18,277 nt of DNA, taken from NCBI GenBank assembly GCA_013203315.1, contig JABMQJ010000023.1, positions 1 to 18,277 of the forward strand, written 5' to 3'. Positions within the stretch are counted from its first letter, which is position 1. The number at the start of each line of letters is the position of its first letter. Both the position numbers and the translations under genes were made by a program. A model generated the notes under the pieces. It saw only the letters and a list, made by a program, of their open reading frames with translations. It did no database searches and had not been told where the DNA came from. The DNA is from Candidatus Omnitrophota bacterium (GTDB taxonomy: Bacteria > Omnitrophota > Gorgyraeia > JABMRN01 > RBG-13-46-9). Of the stretch, positions 15,374 to 18,277 are shown one piece after another.

Positions 15374-16352
15374 ACCAAATAACGCTAAAAAAACCGGTTA
15401 CGGAAGAATCGCAGTGCTTGCCGGCGGGCCTTCAAGTGAGCGTGAAATAAGCATAAAAAGCGGAAGGGCCGTTTACGAAGCGCTTAAGCGCAAAAATCAG
15501 GATGTATTTTTTTTGGATGTTGGAACCGATGTCCTCGAAAAATTAAAAAACGCCGGTTTTGACATAGCTTTTATTGCGTTACATGGTAGGTTCGGAGAAG
15601 ACGGAACAGTTCAAGCTATGCTGGAAGAATTGAAGATTCCTTATACCGGATCCGGGGTTCATGCTTCCAGGCTTGCGATGGACAAGGTGGCTTCGAGAAA
15701 GGTTTTTTCGGCAAGCGGAATTAAAGTACCACGCTATCAAGTTGCCAATAAGAATGAAGACCTGCGCGGTATTCTAAAAGGCTTTAAAACGCCTTTTGTC
15801 GTAAAACCGCAAAGCGAAGGCTCGAGCATAGGCCTTACCATAGTAAGAGACAAAGCGCGCCTTGAAGAGGCGCTTAGAAAAGCCTTCCTGTATCATGAGA
15901 ATGCATTGGTGGGGGAATACATACACGGCAGAGAGCTTACAGTAGGCATTCTTGAAAACAAGGCTTTACCGGTGATAGAAATTGTCGCAAAAAATCAGGT
16001 ATATGATTACGAGGCAAAATATGAAAACAAAGCGACGGAATATATTGTCCCGGCGAATTTAAGCGAAAACGAGAAAAGGGCTGCACAGGCCGCCGCGTTA
16101 AAGGCGCATTCCCTGCTTGGCTGCAGGGATTTTTCAAGGGTTGACATGCGCATGAACGACAAGGGGGATGTTTTTGTCTTGGAGGTAAACACGATACCCG
16201 GCATGACAAAGCGTAGCCTTCTACCGAAAGCGGCCCTGGCGGAAAACATAAATTTTGAGGATTTGTGCATGAAACTTACTGAATTAGCACACAAAAGGGG
16301 GGAAGTAAAAAATGGCGAAAAGCAAGTGGAACAAAAAGAACAGCTCCAATAA
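15366..16352 (+). CDS. ddl: D-alanine--D-alanine ligase
   Basis: GGPSSEREIS, LHGRFGEDG, PYTGS, MDK, VKP-x-x-EGSSIG, omega loop YDYEAKY (Tyr type), RVD, LEVNTIPG. The TTG start is uncertain. Confidence 0.96.
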   Translation: MFKPNNAKKTGYGRIAVLAGGPSSEREISIKSGRAVYEALKRKNQDVFFLDVGTDVLEKLKNAGFDIAFIALHGRFGEDGTVQAMLEELKIPYTGSGVHASRLAMDKVASRKVFSASGIKVPRYQVANKNEDLRGILKGFKTPFVVKPQSEGSSIGLTIVRDKARLEEALRKAFLYHENALVGEYIHGRELTVGILENKALPVIEIVAKNQVYDYEAKYENKATEYIVPANLSENEKRAAQAAALKAHSLLGCRDFSRVDMRMNDKGDVFVLEVNTIPGMTKRSLLPKAALAENINFEDLCMKLTELAHKRGEVKNGEKQVEQKEQLQ

Positions 16353-17118
16353 AAAACAGAATAAAAATCGGCATAAAACTGAAATAAGAAAACTCCTACC
16401 GAAGAAGCCGTTTCCGAAAAAAATCGTACATTCCGCAGTTATCTTTATTTTGATTTTAGGTGCATTTTTATTTTTGAAAAATTCAAGCTATTTTAAATTA
16501 GAAAAAATAGACATAGTTGATGTTCGTCGCGCCACAGAGCTTGACGCCAATGCAATGCTTCCTCTATACAAGGGGAGAAACATTTTTGAAATCGATATCA
16601 ATTCCATAGCATCCTCGATTGAAAGTGACTACCCTGTCATAAAAGAGGCGGTTGTAAAAAGGGTGCTGCCGAACCGTCTCGAAATCGACATTGTCTCACG
16701 TGTGCCCGTCGCCAGAATAAAGTCGCGCAAAATTTTTACGATAGACAGAAGCGGAATGGTTCTTTCACCCGGGATAAAAAGTCATGACCTACCTGTTGTC
16801 ACCGGGTTTTCAATGTGGACAAAAATTCGTACGGGTGAGAAGCTGAAAAATCAACAACTTGAAAGCGCCTTTTCCCTGATCGACGCGCTCGGGGAAAGTG
16901 CTCCTGGTGCGAATTATAAAGTAGCAGAGATCGATGCGTCGAACTACAAAAATCTTTCCTTTTATCTAGAAAACGGCATCGAGGTAAAAATAGGCGGCGA
17001 GGATTTTCCGAATCGCCTCAAGGCGCTAAAAGTTACCCTGGCAAATCCGAAACTGAATAAAGACAACATTAAATACATTGATTTGCGTTTCAGAGACGTA
17101 GTGATAGGCCCTAAATGA
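16312..17118 (+). CDS. ftsQ: Cell division protein FtsQ/DivIB
   Basis: Basic cytoplasmic N-terminus, single TM, POTRA-like GRNIF...IKEAVVKRVLPNRLEI, C-terminal YIDLRF. Purine-rich SD upstream. Located between ddl and ftsA. Confidence 0.92.
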   Translation: MAKSKWNKKNSSNKKQNKNRHKTEIRKLLPKKPFPKKIVHSAVIFILILGAFLFLKNSSYFKLEKIDIVDVRRATELDANAMLPLYKGRNIFEIDINSIASSIESDYPVIKEAVVKRVLPNRLEIDIVSRVPVARIKSRKIFTIDRSGMVLSPGIKSHDLPVVTGFSMWTKIRTGEKLKNQQLESAFSLIDALGESAPGANYKVAEIDASNYKNLSFYLENGIEVKIGGEDFPNRLKALKVTLANPKLNKDNIKYIDLRFRDVVIGPK

Positions 17119-18176
17119 AGAGACTGGTAACTGTCATAGACCTCGGATCAAATAAAATCGCGGCTTGCGCAGCCGCCATAGACAGGGACGGACATTCGTC
17201 TGTCGTAGCGCTTGATAATTTGTATTCACGCGGCATAAACGGCGGCGACATAACTGATCTTAACAAGGCAATCGAGGACTTATCCTCCGTAGTGAAGAGG
17301 CTGGAGCGACAAAATAAGAGAAAGATAAAAAATGTATTTGTCACGGCAAGCGGCATTGACATAGAAACCGATGTCTCGCGCGGCATGGTGCCGCTCGCAA
17401 AAACACCCAGGGAAATTACAAGAAGGGATGTCAAAAAATGTCTCGATATCGCAAAAATGACAAGGCTGCCGATGGAGCGTACGATTCTGGAAAGCGTCGT
17501 GCGGGGTTTTTATATTGACGGCGGAAAAATGGGTATTACAAATCCCGTAGGGCTTTACGGGATGAAGCTGGAAGTTGAAACTTTTATCGTAACTACCAGT
17601 CAATCCAAGCTTCAAAATATCGCAAAATGCATAGACCACGCCGGATTCCTACTTGATGGCATACATCTTTCGAGCATTGCTTCCGCCAACGGCGTATTGG
17701 AAACCGAAGAAAAAGAAAATGGTGTTCTTCTGCTGGATATAGGTGAAACGTTAACCGAAACCCTCACTTTTAGGGACAATATGCTAAAAGATCTGCGTGT
17801 TATCAAAAAAGGCGCAAGCAGTGTTTTGGATAAAAATATGTGCGTGGACAAGTCAAAGCTTGACGCGCTTCTTGGGGGATTGGCAGATGCCCTTTCCGGT
17901 GAAAATGAGAACTTTTCTTCTGTAGTTGTAACCGGGGGCGGTGCTCTTCTTGACGGCGCGATCGAAGAGGCGGAGAAGATATTTAAAGTACCCGCCAGGA
18001 TCGGTATTGTAAAAAAAGCAGGTCGTAACCTAAATTCGCAAGACGCCATTATCCACACCTCAACAGTCGGCCTCATTAATAGCATTGCTAAAGATTACAA
18101 AGCCCGCCAGACCTACGGAAACCCCATCCACAAAGCCTTCCGCAAAGTCCTGGACATATACGAAAGCTACTTCTAA
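17115..18176 (+). CDS. ftsA: Divergent, shortened FtsA (353 aa)
   Basis: IDLGSNKI (phosphate 1), SRGINGGDITD, subdomain 1C (ITRRDV...FYIDG...ITNPVGLYGMKLEV), EEKENGVLLLDIG, VVVTGGGALLDG, PARIG, TVGL, C-terminal amphipathic helix ending ESYF. The subdomain 2B region is much shorter than canonical. Confidence 0.9.
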   Translation: MKRLVTVIDLGSNKIAACAAAIDRDGHSSVVALDNLYSRGINGGDITDLNKAIEDLSSVVKRLERQNKRKIKNVFVTASGIDIETDVSRGMVPLAKTPREITRRDVKKCLDIAKMTRLPMERTILESVVRGFYIDGGKMGITNPVGLYGMKLEVETFIVTTSQSKLQNIAKCIDHAGFLLDGIHLSSIASANGVLETEEKENGVLLLDIGETLTETLTFRDNMLKDLRVIKKGASSVLDKNMCVDKSKLDALLGGLADALSGENENFSSVVVTGGGALLDGAIEEAEKIFKVPARIGIVKKAGRNLNSQDAIIHTSTVGLINSIAKDYKARQTYGNPIHKAFRKVLDIYESYF

Positions 18177-18192
18177 CCCCAACCCCGATGAT

Positions 18193-18219
18193 TATATGCT
18201 AACGGAATGAGAGGGTATT
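18193..18219. repeat. Second copy of the element at 1775-1801 (left arm and loop only within the window)
   Basis: TATATGCTAACGGAATGAGAGGGTATT vs TATATTCTAACGGAATGAGAGGGTATT, one mismatch, same orientation. Confidence 0.85.
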
Positions 18220-18277
18220 GTGTGCGACTTGGCACGGTAACGAAGGAGCTCTTTCTTCTTCAAAAAATTTTAGTAAG

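Noticed and set aside
16000-16023. Ddl as a D-Ala-D-Lac (vancomycin resistance type) ligase
   Set aside because: The omega loop YDYEAKY has the Tyr typical of D-Ala-D-Ala ligases.
43-18085. Numerous minus-strand and alternate-frame ORFs within the housekeeping genes (e.g. 4299-4730, 5547-5921, 17612-18085)
   Set aside because: They are shadow ORFs of well-supported + strand genes, with no motifs.
18229-18245. TTGGCACG as a sigma54 -24 element
   Set aside because: The -12 TTGC element is missing at the required spacing.

Overview
Core chromosomal region of a bacterium, with every real gene on the + strand. The left ~1.7 kb holds tRNA-Val(CAC), a coiled-coil/C4 zinc-ribbon protein, a stand-alone RNase HI-like gene and RNase P RNA (rnpB). 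From 2024 to 18176 is a tightly overlapped division and cell wall (dcw) operon: mraZ, a small unexplained ORF, rsmH, ftsL-like, ftsI, a murE-murF fusion, mraY, murD, ftsW, murG, murC, murB, ddl, ftsQ, ftsA. Some traits (Cys-type MurB, divergent FtsL and FtsA) are compatible with a PVC-superphylum organism such as Omnitrophota, but that taxonomy is only an inference. Main observations: (1) FtsA keeps its membrane helix and subdomain 1C but appears to lack most of subdomain 2B, the FtsZ-tail binding site, and the operon seems to end at ftsA with no ftsZ visible in the last 101 nt. (2) A 58-codon ORF with a strong Shine-Dalgarno sits between mraZ and rsmH. (3) The RNase P RNA is type A but lacks P13/P14 and has two extra helices at the P10.1 position. 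(4) A 27-nt TA-bounded repeat occurs at both ends of the dcw operon, once as a perfect 17-bp hairpin. All alignments and folds were done by eye, without computation.
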